A stretch of DNA of 64,000 nucleotides from Acidobacteriota bacterium (GCA_965217775.1 CBDCJH010000002.1:1024001-1088000), one strand, 5' to 3'; counted from the first letter of the stretch, positions 29,620 to 38,935 are shown. Translations and numbers: made by a program. Notes: generated by a model from the letters alone, not told the origin.

Positions 29620-31071
29620 TTACGGTTTCGCTCCGATCTGTTTCAGGTATTCGCGTCCTGTTGCTGTCAGGCGGTAGCGCTGCTTGCTGCTGCGCGGCTT
29701 GTCCGGGATCGTCATTTCGATCAGACTGGCCTGCAAGGCAGGGACCAGATACGCCTTGCGGAAATGTTGACTGTCCCTGAGATCAAGCCTTTCCTGCAGG
29801 CGTTGTCGGGTCATTTCACCAGACAACGCCTTCAACAGTCGAACTTGAGGGGTGACTTGAGGGGTGACTTGAGGGGTGACTTGAGGGGTGACTCCCCCGG
29901 CGACTCTGTCATCCTCAGACGCCGCATGGACCTCCGGGTTCGGACGAAAGGTGACGGTCACGAAGCTGTCGGCCTCGAACTCCGGTTCCGGGCAGTCCAA
30001 CTCCCTCGCCTCGTCCCGGATGCGCCGGATGCCAGTGCCGGCCTTCTCGATGAAGTCGATGCGATGGAGCAGGTCCGCGACCAGTGCGTTCCGCCGGATG
30101 CTCCTGCGCCCAAGTTCGGCCAGGGTCAAGCCCTTGGGGAGGCTGCCGGGGCTGCTCACCTCGATTCGGTCGGTGTAGATCTCCACGAAGACGTTGGCCC
30201 CGTCGAAGAACCAGTCGCGGTGCATGACCGCATTGGTGATCGCCTCGCGTAGCGCCCTCATCGGATACTCCGGGATGTTCTGTCGCCGCAGCCCCTCGAT
30301 CCGATAGGCGGTGCGGGTATTGCGCTCGACGAAACGCAGGGCGTCCTCGATGTCGGCCACGACCCCGCCGTCGAAGTCCTTTCGGTCCAGGATGTGGACC
30401 TTGTCCGTGCCTCTTGCCAGCAGGCAGGTGATGTACGCCTCCGGGAAGAAATGACGTACGTTCCGAGCAAAGAAGAGCACACCGGCGTTTCGGAAGAGCA
30501 GTTTCCCACCCGCCTGCTCGGCTGCCTCGATGTTGACCAGCACGTCTTCGACCGGCAATTGGCCGGTGATGCCGGAGTAGCCGAGCCAAACCTCGAACTT
30601 CTCGCGGTGGAAATCCTCCGGATAACGGAAGCGGGGACAGGGGGAGAGATCGAACCGGATCACGCCTTCGACCCGGAAGAAGTCGCGGATTTCGTCACGG
30701 CTGAGCTTCTGGGTCACTGCGCCCTGACGCCAGAAGATTCCATCGCTGCATTGCACGGGCTTGGCGTCGCTTTCGCGAACCTGAACCACGAGTATCTCAC
30801 CCACCGGCTCCGCCAGCACCTTCACCGGAGGATCGCAATTTCGGGCGATGTCCTGAATGCGGGCGCGCAGAGCGTTGGAGTCCCGGATCCCGATTACGAT
30901 GCCATCATCGCGCACTCCCAGAAGGATCTTCCCTCCAATCGTGTTCGCCAGGGCCACGACTTCCCTCGCCAACGACGACGAGGGACTTTCCTTGAATTCA
31001 AGGGTCGTTCCCTCACCCTGCTGGATGAGGATTGCGAGGTCCGCAGGTGTGATTCTAGCCACGTGAGTCAA
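29620..31071 (-). CDS. Schlafen AlbA_2 + HATPase_c_4 + C-terminal HTH protein
   Basis: EGTTLEFKES..ALANTIGG, YPMRALREAITNAVMHRD, RNALVADLL, EKAGTGI, C-terminal IEMTIPDKPRSSKQRYRLT. Confidence 0.88.
   Translation of the reverse strand: MTHVARITPADLAILIQQGEGTTLEFKESPSSSLAREVVALANTIGGKILLGVRDDGIVIGIRDSNALRARIQDIARNCDPPVKVLAEPVGEILVVQVRESDAKPVQCSDGIFWRQGAVTQKLSRDEIRDFFRVEGVIRFDLSPCPRFRYPEDFHREKFEVWLGYSGITGQLPVEDVLVNIEAAEQAGGKLLFRNAGVLFFARNVRHFFPEAYITCLLARGTDKVHILDRKDFDGGVVADIEDALRFVERNTRTAYRIEGLRRQNIPEYPMRALREAITNAVMHRDWFFDGANVFVEIYTDRIEVSSPGSLPKGLTLAELGRRSIRRNALVADLLHRIDFIEKAGTGIRRIRDEARELDCPEPEFEADSFVTVTFRPNPEVHAASEDDRVAGGVTPQVTPQVTPQVTPQVRLLKALSGEMTRQRLQERLDLRDSQHFRKAYLVPALQASLIEMTIPDKPRSSKQRYRLTATGREYLKQIGAKP
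29845..29892 (-). repeat. 12-bp tandem repeat x4 encoding VTPQ
   Basis: TTGAGGGGTGAC repeated four times on the + strand, in frame within the AlbA_2 gene. Confidence 0.95.
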
Positions 31072-31348
31072 TCCGATTGAGGTTCTCGTTCGGAGCGCAC
31101 CTCGGCGATGCTGAGCCAGCCGCGGTCAAACGTAAATGTACGGGCCGTTCCGGCCGGGTCCTGGATCCGAACGATTCGGGGAATCTCCTCGCCGGCGCGC
31201 TGCCCGTTCCAATCATTTCGCTTCGCCATCGCATCCTCGGCGTTCTGCAGCAACTCGTAGATGGAATGGGTTCGATTATCATAGCGATTCGCGAGCAGTG
31301 TCGGGCCGACTCACCAATTTCGGCGCCGTAACGAGGCTTGTTTTCCAT
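31068..31348 (-). pseudogene. Internally deleted sacsin-like HATPase gene remnant
   Basis: Frameshifted reading gives LLANRYDNRTHSIYELLQNAEDA (GHKL N-box) joined almost directly to IVRIQDPAGTARTFTFDRGWL, which looks like a protein C-terminus. Confidence 0.55.
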
Positions 31349-31537
31349 GGTAATGCGGTTTCATATTCGACTCGTCCCGATTCACTACGTCGTCGGGGTC
31401 ATCCCATAACGTCGGCTATCGGGAGGGTGCAAATAACAGGCGAGCCAATGCCGACCTCGAAGTTCGCACGCTCAGGGGTTTAGTGAAAGGCGAGTCTACC
31501 TTACAATTTGCAGATCGAATTCAATGGAGTTGGAGCC

Positions 31538-31774
31538 ATGGCCATCACGCTCACAGTGACTCTCAAGGGGCAGATCACCTTGCGCAAAGAGGTACTCAAT
31601 CATCTCGGGGCGCGTCCCGGCGACAAACTCGAGGTCGACCTGCTGAAGGCCGGACGGATTCAACTGAGGCCGAAGCGTGGAACCTCGCCGGCAAGCGTCT
31701 TCGGTATGCTTGCAAGACCGGGAACACCACGTCTTTCCATCGAAGAACTCAACCAGGCCGCTGCTTCCGGATAG
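31538..31774 (+). CDS. AbrB/MazE-type antitoxin (VapB-like)
   Basis: LTVTLKGQITLRKEVLNHLGARPGDKLEV. The TAG stop looks like a mutated TGG: readthrough gives W-A-D-E-E-stop with a GTGA overlap on the toxin start. Confidence 0.85.
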   Translation: MAITLTVTLKGQITLRKEVLNHLGARPGDKLEVDLLKAGRIQLRPKRGTSPASVFGMLARPGTPRLSIEELNQAAASG

Positions 31775-31785
31775 GCGGACGAGGA

Positions 31786-32205
31786 GTGAGGATTAAAGCC
31801 GATCCGAATGTGCTGCTGGGTGCCATCCTACAGGATGACCAGGAACAGGCCTCAGCGGCACGGGCGGTGCTCCTGCGCGCGACGGTCATTACCGTTCCCG
31901 TGCCGGTCTTCTGCGAGTTTGTTTGGGTGTTGAAGCACGGCTACGGTCGGAAGGTCGATGAGATAGCCGTAGCGATCGAGGCCATATGTGAAATCGACGC
32001 CGTGGTCACTGATATACCGGCGGTCGAGGCAGGTTTGACCCTGCTGCGCGCAGGCGGACACTTCGCCGACGGAGTCATCGCCCATCAAGGCGAAGGATTC
32101 GGCGGAAGCGTGTTCGCCAGTTTCGATCGCAACGCCATCGCTCTCTTGAAGAGGAACGGGTCGGCGGCAGCCGAAGTCTCTGAGTTGATCGGCACCGGGC
32201 GGTAA
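31786..32205 (+). CDS. vapC: PIN-domain VapC-family toxin
   Basis: ADPNVLL (variant of DTNVL), CEFVWVL, HFADGVIA, ASFDR; directly downstream of the AbrB-type gene. Confidence 0.8.
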   Translation: MRIKADPNVLLGAILQDDQEQASAARAVLLRATVITVPVPVFCEFVWVLKHGYGRKVDEIAVAIEAICEIDAVVTDIPAVEAGLTLLRAGGHFADGVIAHQGEGFGGSVFASFDRNAIALLKRNGSAAAEVSELIGTGR

Positions 32206-32285
32206 AATCCTTTACGAGAAGATCCTGCTCCAAGTGGATGAGACTCTGACGCCGAAGGCGTTACGGGTTCCGCTGGTTATGGCAT

Positions 32286-32417
32286 CTAAAATGTTCTGTT
32301 CATGAGCTGTCGCCGGAGTTCCATGAACTCAGACTCAAGGCACCCAAATACCTTATCGACATAATCGTCCAAATTTGCGCGGACTTCGTCGAAGTTGACT
32401 TCAAAAGGAAACGACAT
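32286..32417 (-). pseudogene. Short ORF overlapping the methyltransferase 3' end; probable truncated partner gene (possibly the endonuclease)
   Basis: MSFPFEVNFDEVRANLDDYVDKVFGCLESEFM... stops after 43 aa; its start overlaps the MTase end by 17 nt. Confidence 0.4.
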
Positions 32418-34755
32418 CACGTGTCTCTTCGTCGGACTGTTTCTTTCGTAACAACGGTCCCGGCGATATTGGTACAGGATCGGCAGCGGCCACTAGTTCC
32501 AAGATGTGGACAGGATCTCCAAGGCTGGATACTGTGTCGCCAAATGCCGCGATCTTGTTAGCTATCGGCTGACCCTTGTCCCAAAGCGGGCGGAGCTTCC
32601 AGACGGCCATACGTGTCAGATGGCCGAAGACGATACAACGGGTGTCGCCTCGGGTCGGCTTTCTGCCCGCCTGCTCCAAGTCCGCCAAATCCACCGCCAC
32701 GATTGCTGCAAGCTGTTCGGGCGTGTCGAATATCCAGCGGCGCGGCACTGCACCCGACGCCCGGCAGACGAACACGGTATCGATGATCGATGAACCCGTG
32801 CCGTGGATGTGGATGGAGCCCCCCATCTCGGCGGGACAGGGCAGTGTGGCAGAAACGACCAGGTCGGCGTCCAGGATGGCCACTCCGACGGCGTGATACG
32901 TCTCCAGCTTGTTGTGGTGGTAGGTGAACGCGAGCGGTGCGCCGGGCTTCAAGGCTTGGGCCATTCGCGAATAGGCGGCGGAGAGTCCTTCTGTGAAATG
33001 ATCCAATCCATGATTCCGGGTTACATTGCCATTAAGTTCGTCCTGAGATCGTGTGAGCGCGCGCTCAAAGCCATCCGCCTCGTTTCCCACCAAGCGTCGA
33101 AGCCAGACATAACAGAAGTCCATTAGCTCGCTATACTGCACGTTGCCGTAATACGGAGGGTCTGTGAACACGGCGTCGAGGCTCTCCGGCGAGACATCGA
33201 TAGAGGTGGCGCTGGCACAACGGATGGCCACTTTGCGCCGTTGCCCGCCCCGCTTCTCGCCGATCCATTCCCCTTTGATGGGAACCCGGACATTACGGGT
33301 CCCTCTGCGCCTGACTTCGAACGGCGCGCTGCAATACAGTTTCGCCTTGGCATATTTGTGGACAATGTTGGACCACCCGCCGGAGCCCACGTTGCGGCCG
33401 GCTCCGTTGTTTATGCGCAGGAGATTGGATTCGCACTGTACCAACCCCACCGGAAAGCCGTGCACGGAGAAGATGTCCAAAGATTTGAGCGCCGTAATGT
33501 CGTAGCGGCAGAGCATGTTCTGGTAGCGCAACAGGTCGGAGAGATTGGTGGCGATGGCATGCCGTATTCGCTGGTCCTTGACCTGGGAAATCAGCCGGCA
33601 ACTTAACAGTCCGTGGTGAAAGTCCCGCGAGCACCGAGACCGTTCCTGCGCCCGCCGGACAAGGCGCGATTCGGGTGCATACCGGGAGTATGTGCCCGAA
33701 TCGCAACGCCGTCCGCCGGGATGCAGGGACAGTCGAATGCCGTGATGACTTTTGCCACGGGCTGTTAACTCCAACCCTAGAAGTTGGCGTGGATTGAAGA
33801 GGTCTTTAAAGCGGGTGTACCCGCAGCGATGCAGACGATCGGTCTCGTCGCCGGCGAGGATCTCCTGGTTCGGAACGAAGCTGGGAGTGAGCTGTTCCCA
33901 TCGCTGTGAGGCAGCCTCCATGCGCAATGCATCTTCTTTGTCCGGTTTCTTGAAGAAACGGCCCTTGTGTTTCGCCTTTCGCGTGGGGTTGAAATATTCC
34001 ATCGCGAACATGCGGTGCCGCAGAGGACGTTGCGCCTCTCCCGGGTAGGCGTTGGAATGCCCGCAATGGGGGCATTCGCAGCGTCCTCTGCGCGCGGGGC
34101 CGGCTTGGCGAAGTTCGGTCCCACAGCTCGAGCAACCTCCCGAATCCCTGTAGTCCTCGACTTGGTTCAGATCACCGCAGGTCGGGCACACCAGGACATT
34201 CATCGGGTGACGCCGGTTCCTGGCGACCAGGTAGCCCGGAAAGAGGTCGAATGCTTGCCCGCAACGCACGCAATCGAGCACCTTGACCCAGAGGAAGGAC
34301 TTCACGGGTACGTTGGAATCCCCGTAGAGTGGGCAGGAGGTTCGGTAATATCGATCGATTTCCGTACGCAGAGCCGCAAGTAGCCTCTGAACTGCCTGCC
34401 GGTAAGCCGACAGGTCGACGGATTCAAGCTCTTCGCGGACAATCCACGCAGACATCGGATTGATGTCGAAACCCTGCACTTCGCATCCAACTCGATTGGC
34501 CTCAATGAGCGGGGTTCCACCGCCCATGAACGGGTCTGCGATCCGGATCCCCGAAAAGTCGTTTCTCCGGAAAAAAGTCTTTTCAAGACGGTCACGACCG
34601 AACTCGGCCAAAATCAGGCCACGAAACAGGGTGCCGGGACGGCGGGCGAACCACTTATGGACACCGATGATGGGACGGTAGTTCTGCTGTATCTGTTTTT
34701 CCTTGAATGCCATTCGGGCGACCAAGGAAACATCGAATCTGTGCTCGATACTCAT
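32401..34755 (-). CDS. Amino-DNA methyltransferase with Zn ribbons (DUF1156-like), carrying an in-frame MITE insertion
   Basis: HKWFARRP, motif I DPFMGGGTP, several CxxC pairs, motif IV TDPPYY, FTYHH. A 54-aa insert lies between LLGLEL and SCRLIS. Confidence 0.88.
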   Translation of the reverse strand: MSIEHRFDVSLVARMAFKEKQIQQNYRPIIGVHKWFARRPGTLFRGLILAEFGRDRLEKTFFRRNDFSGIRIADPFMGGGTPLIEANRVGCEVQGFDINPMSAWIVREELESVDLSAYRQAVQRLLAALRTEIDRYYRTSCPLYGDSNVPVKSFLWVKVLDCVRCGQAFDLFPGYLVARNRRHPMNVLVCPTCGDLNQVEDYRDSGGCSSCGTELRQAGPARRGRCECPHCGHSNAYPGEAQRPLRHRMFAMEYFNPTRKAKHKGRFFKKPDKEDALRMEAASQRWEQLTPSFVPNQEILAGDETDRLHRCGYTRFKDLFNPRQLLGLELTARGKSHHGIRLSLHPGGRRCDSGTYSRYAPESRLVRRAQERSRCSRDFHHGLLSCRLISQVKDQRIRHAIATNLSDLLRYQNMLCRYDITALKSLDIFSVHGFPVGLVQCESNLLRINNGAGRNVGSGGWSNIVHKYAKAKLYCSAPFEVRRRGTRNVRVPIKGEWIGEKRGGQRRKVAIRCASATSIDVSPESLDAVFTDPPYYGNVQYSELMDFCYVWLRRLVGNEADGFERALTRSQDELNGNVTRNHGLDHFTEGLSAAYSRMAQALKPGAPLAFTYHHNKLETYHAVGVAILDADLVVSATLPCPAEMGGSIHIHGTGSSIIDTVFVCRASGAVPRRWIFDTPEQLAAIVAVDLADLEQAGRKPTRGDTRCIVFGHLTRMAVWKLRPLWDKGQPIANKIAAFGDTVSSLGDPVHILELVAAADPVPISPGPLLRKKQSDEETRDVVSF
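33607..33764 (-). mobile_element. 158-bp MITE-like element, copy 2, with TTAA target duplication, in frame in the MTase
   Basis: TTAA at 33603-33606 and 33765-33768; ends CAGTCCGTGGTGAAAGTC and GACTTTTGCCACGGGCTG on the + strand. Confidence 0.93.
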
Positions 34756-35134
34756 CGCCTGTCCTGACTGATCTCTACTTTAGAGAGAGCGGCTCCGGGT
34801 CCCTGCCGCTTTGGGCCTCTTCGTACGGAACACCGTCGCGAGTTTGGCCTCCAGACAATCTCCGAATTCTACGCTGGAACCATGACAGAACCTCAGATGT
34901 CCGGACTCCCATCCCCCTCCCACGAAACGCCGCCAAAAATGCGGCGTCGTCTGGCCAATAGTCGAGCATGTTCGTTGTACCGGGAGGAGCCTAGGAAAAA
35001 GAGCGACGAGAGGAATGCACCCGTGCCGCTTCAGGGCGGCGGAGGGAACGAACCCCGAGCCAGACCGCCGACGTTGATCGGAATGTGTGTCGATGCGATC
35101 ATTTGCCGAGTATGGCAAGGAGAACAGCGAGACC

Positions 35135-35506
35135 ATGATCAAGGGCGTGCATACCATGTTCTACTCGTCGGAGCCGGAAGCGTTGCGCGAATTCCTCCGC
35201 GACACGCTGGGCTTCGACTCCTACACCGATGTCGGCGGCGGCTGGCTCATCTTCGACCTGCCGGAGGCGGACATGGGCGTGCATCCCACCGACCCCTCGG
35301 GGAAGCACGGCAGTCCGGCCGGGACCCACGACATTTCCTTCTACTGTGACGACATCCAGGCCACGGTTTCGGAACTGAAGGGCCGGGGTGTGGTGTTCGA
35401 CGGCGAAGTGACAGACCAGGGCTTCGGACTCGTGACGTATTTTCGGATGCCGGGCAACGTGCGGGTACAGCTCTGTGAGCCTTATTACCGGAAGGGCGTC
35501 CGCTAA
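35135..35506 (+). CDS. VOC/glyoxalase-family protein
   Basis: MIKGVHTMFYS..FLRDTLGF..DVGGGWLIF..HDISFYCDDI..DQGFG; AAGGAG upstream. Confidence 0.85.
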   Translation: MIKGVHTMFYSSEPEALREFLRDTLGFDSYTDVGGGWLIFDLPEADMGVHPTDPSGKHGSPAGTHDISFYCDDIQATVSELKGRGVVFDGEVTDQGFGLVTYFRMPGNVRVQLCEPYYRKGVR

Positions 35507-35673
35507 GCCGGCGGCATTGACAGTTCCAGCGTCCGGTTGCCCCATGATCCCGGCTTGCAGGAGGCCGCGTTTGTTGTACCGAAAAGTGCAGCGGGTATAA
35601 TGGATCGCATCGACCGTTTGTCCAGGTCAGGATCTCCGAGGTGCTTATGCCAAGAACCTTCGTAAATTCTCCC

Positions 35674-37326
35674 ATGGATGTCAGGTTCGTTCTGCTTTCC
35701 CTGTTTCTGGTCCTGCTCCCGGTTCAGGCCAAAGAGAAGAAGCGGGACGACCGGGCCGTTCTCCAGGAAGAGCAGCAGGACTACTACAAGAAATGGCTCA
35801 AGGAGGACGTCGTCTACATCATCACCGATGAAGAGCTGGACGTGTTCGACGACCTTAGCACCATGGAGGAGAAGGAGCAGTTCATCGAGCAGTTCTGGCG
35901 CCGGCGCGACCCGGACCTGAGGACCGCCATCAACGAGTACAAGGAAGAACACTACCGGCGGATCGCCTACGCCAACGAGCGCTTTCCCAGCGGAAAGCCG
36001 GGCTGGATGACCGATCGGGGCCGCATCTACATCATTCATGGACCGCCGGATCAGATCACGTCCCGCGCCGGTGGGGGCTTCTATGCCCGCCCCATGCACG
36101 AGGGGGGCGGCGTGACCTCCACCTATCCCTTCGAAACCTGGCGCTACCGCTGGATCGAGGGTCTGGGGCAGGAAATCGAATTGGAGTTCGTGGACGCCTC
36201 TTTGAGCGGAGAGTACCGGCTGAGCCTGGACCCTGCCGAAAAGGACGCGCTGCTCTATCTTCCCGGTGGCGGCCTGACCCTGGCCGAGGAGATGGGTCTG
36301 GCCCAGAAGAAGGATCGGCCTTTCTTCTCCCCGGGCATGCGGGACAGCTTCCCCTACATGGCCACCCGGGCTCAGGACGACGTGTTCGAGCGCTACGAGC
36401 GTTACGTGATGATCAAGGCGCCCAAGAAGATCAAGTACGGCGATCTGAAGGGGCTGGTGGACGTCTCGGTCGGCTACGAGTCACTCCCTTTCCGAGTCCG
36501 GCGCGACTACTTCAAGCTGGGCGCCGATCGGGTGGTGGTTCCGGTGACGGTCGAACTCGACAACGGCGAACTATCGTTCAAGCTGGAAAAAAACCAGAGC
36601 TATGTGGCCAAGGTGGGTGTCTACGGCGCGGTCACCAGCATGACCAGGCAGGTGGTGGACGAGTTCGACTACGACCTGGTGCAGACCTACGTTCCGGAGG
36701 CGTACGCCGCCCAGGCTCAAAAACAGGGCCGGTCCACTTACCAGAAGATCCTGGTCCTGGAACGGAAGCTGCGTTACCGCCTGGACCTGGTGGTCAAGGA
36801 TCTGACCAGCGGCAAGGTGGGAGTCAGCCGGACCGCTATCGTTCCGCCGGCCTTCGGCGGTGAAAAGCTGAAAGCCAGCTCCATGATCCTCACCGATCTG
36901 GTTCGGCAGATGGAGGACGTTCCTCAGGAAGAGATGTTCATCCTGGGAAACGTGAAGGTGCGTCCGGTGCTGGATCACAGGTTCGCCGCCACGTCGCCTC
37001 TGGCCGTCTATCTTCAGGTCTATAATGTGAGCGCCGACCAGGCCACGATGGTCCCTTCCATTCAGGCCAGCTACCGGATTTCCAAGGGTAAGGATGTCCT
37101 GATGGAAGAAGTGGACGAGACGGGCGAGTCGATCCAGTACTTCTCGGGCCAGCGTATGGTCCTGATAAAGAGCCTTCCCATCCAGCAACTGAAGCCGGGC
37201 CGGTACCATCTGAACGTGCAAGTCCACGACAAGATCAGCGATCAGGAGGTCAGCGCCGGCCAGGTATTCCAGGTGCGCGCACCGTCTGCCGCCGATGGTC
37301 TGAACAAGACCGCGTCTCTCCAGTAG
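35674..37326 (+). CDS. GWxTD domain-containing protein
   Basis: WLKEDVVYII, FIEQFWRRRDP, EHYRRIAYANERF..PGWMTDRGRIYI; signal peptide. Confidence 0.9.
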   Translation: MDVRFVLLSLFLVLLPVQAKEKKRDDRAVLQEEQQDYYKKWLKEDVVYIITDEELDVFDDLSTMEEKEQFIEQFWRRRDPDLRTAINEYKEEHYRRIAYANERFPSGKPGWMTDRGRIYIIHGPPDQITSRAGGGFYARPMHEGGGVTSTYPFETWRYRWIEGLGQEIELEFVDASLSGEYRLSLDPAEKDALLYLPGGGLTLAEEMGLAQKKDRPFFSPGMRDSFPYMATRAQDDVFERYERYVMIKAPKKIKYGDLKGLVDVSVGYESLPFRVRRDYFKLGADRVVVPVTVELDNGELSFKLEKNQSYVAKVGVYGAVTSMTRQVVDEFDYDLVQTYVPEAYAAQAQKQGRSTYQKILVLERKLRYRLDLVVKDLTSGKVGVSRTAIVPPAFGGEKLKASSMILTDLVRQMEDVPQEEMFILGNVKVRPVLDHRFAATSPLAVYLQVYNVSADQATMVPSIQASYRISKGKDVLMEEVDETGESIQYFSGQRMVLIKSLPIQQLKPGRYHLNVQVHDKISDQEVSAGQVFQVRAPSAADGLNKTASLQ

Positions 37327-37349
37327 TGCGATAGCTCCGGAGGTTCTCC

Positions 37350-38741
37350 CTGACCGCTACCCCGTCCCCTCCCCGGAGCCGGGTCCGCTACTCCGTCCTG
37401 GTCTGGCTCTGCGTGGCAGCCACCATCGCCTACATCCAGCGCAACTACCTCTCGGTGGCCGAGAGCACGATCCGGATCGACCTGGGCCTGAGCAAGGAGC
37501 AGATGGGATGGATCTTGAGCGGCTTCTTCTGGGTCTACGCCGGATTCCAGGTGCCTGCCGGCTGGCTCGGGGATCGCTGGGGCGCGCGGCGGACCCTCCC
37601 CTTCTACTCGGTGGTCTGGTCGGTTTGCACCGTGCTGTCGGGGGTGGCGGGAACGGCATTGGCTCTCTGGCTGGCGGGACCGGGGGGAGCGATCCTGGCG
37701 GCCTACCTCTGGTTGCTGATCCCCCGCATGTTCTCCGGAGCCGCCCAGGCGGGTCTCTTCCCCTGTTCCGCGGTCGTGTTGTCGAGATGGATGCCGGTGA
37801 ACCGGTTGGCCGTTTCGAGCGGCTCTCTCGGAGCCGGGATGCAGATCGGAGCCATCCTCGTCGCCTTTCTGACCGGGATTCTTCTGGAATGGGGTGTCGG
37901 CTGGCGTTGGCTCTTTGTCCTCTACGCGCTTCCGGGGGGGATCTGGGCGCTGCTGTTCTATCGCTGGTTTCGTGACCGCCCTCGGGACCACGCCTCCGTG
38001 ACGCCGGAAGAACTGGATCTTCTGCTGGCCGAGTCCAAAGCCACCCGGGAATCGAAAGGGGCAGCGGACGAAGGATCGGGCCGCGGCCGGCCCGTCAAGA
38101 CACCCTGGAAGCATCTGGCCGCGAGTCCGGCCATGTGGGCCATCTGCGGACAGCAGTTCTTCCGGGCCGCCGGGTATATCTTCTATGCCAGTTGGTTTCC
38201 CACCTATCTGCAGGAAGCGCGAGGCGTCTCGGTGGCCGAGTCGGGCCTGCTGACGAGTGTTCCCCTGATTGCGATTCTATTCGGAGGACCGCTGGGTGGT
38301 ATCGTCTCCGATTGGATCTACTCCAGAAGCGGGAATGTGGCAATGGCCCGGAAAGGGATGGCCTTGGGCTGCCTCCTGGTCGGAGTCCTGCTCACGGTGG
38401 CTGGATGTCTGGTTCACAATCCGCTGCTTGCCGTCTCTCTCATTGGGATCGGTGGCTTCTTTGGCGCTTTCGTCAGCCCTATCGTCAATTCCCTGACCAT
38501 CGCCATGGGCGGAAACAACGTGGCGACGATCTTCGGCACCATGAACATGGCGGGGAATCTGGGAGCGGCGGCGTTTCCCGTCGTGGTTCCGTTGCTTCTG
38601 GGGCCGTCGGGTGACAACTGGACCCCGGTCTTGTGGGTGTTCTGCGGCGTGTACGTGGTGGCGGCTCTGTTCTGGCTGATGCTCAAACCGCAGGGCACGT
38701 TCGTCGGGCAGTCGCTTCTTTCTCGGGTCCCCTCATCGTAG
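37350..38741 (+). CDS. MFS transporter (anion:cation symporter-like); probable CTG start
   Basis: RVRYSVL..IAYIQR, GWLGDRWGARR, WRWLF, GTMNMAGNLG. The frame extends upstream of the 37413 GTG to a CTG preceded by GGAGGT. Confidence 0.85.
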   Translation: MTATPSPPRSRVRYSVLVWLCVAATIAYIQRNYLSVAESTIRIDLGLSKEQMGWILSGFFWVYAGFQVPAGWLGDRWGARRTLPFYSVVWSVCTVLSGVAGTALALWLAGPGGAILAAYLWLLIPRMFSGAAQAGLFPCSAVVLSRWMPVNRLAVSSGSLGAGMQIGAILVAFLTGILLEWGVGWRWLFVLYALPGGIWALLFYRWFRDRPRDHASVTPEELDLLLAESKATRESKGAADEGSGRGRPVKTPWKHLAASPAMWAICGQQFFRAAGYIFYASWFPTYLQEARGVSVAESGLLTSVPLIAILFGGPLGGIVSDWIYSRSGNVAMARKGMALGCLLVGVLLTVAGCLVHNPLLAVSLIGIGGFFGAFVSPIVNSLTIAMGGNNVATIFGTMNMAGNLGAAAFPVVVPLLLGPSGDNWTPVLWVFCGVYVVAALFWLMLKPQGTFVGQSLLSRVPSS

Positions 38742-38775
38742 TAGACTGGGCGGCAACCATGCGGGTCAACCTAAA

Positions 38776-38933
38776 CAGCCCGTGGCAAAAGTCGTCACGG
38801 CATTCGACCGTCCCTGCATCCCGGCGGACTGCGTTGCTATCGGCTCACATACTCCCGGTATGCTCCTTCATCGCGCCTTGTCCGGCGGGCGCAGGAACGG
38901 TCTCGGTGCTCGCGAGACTCTTGCCACGGACTG
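38776..38933 (+). mobile_element. 158-bp MITE-like element, copy 3
   Basis: CAGCCCGTGGCAAAAGTC...GACTCTTGCCACGGACTG; same length as the other copies; flanks TAAA/TCAT show no clear duplication. Confidence 0.88.
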
Positions 38934-38935
38934 TC

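Noticed and set aside
33607-33764. Intein or self-splicing intron in the MTase
   Set aside because: No Cys/Ser start or His-Asn end, too short for group I or II introns, and it has TIRs, a target duplication and intergenic copies.
34775-34969. 64-aa ORF upstream of the MTase
   Set aside because: May be another remnant of the island, but I could not assign it to any family.
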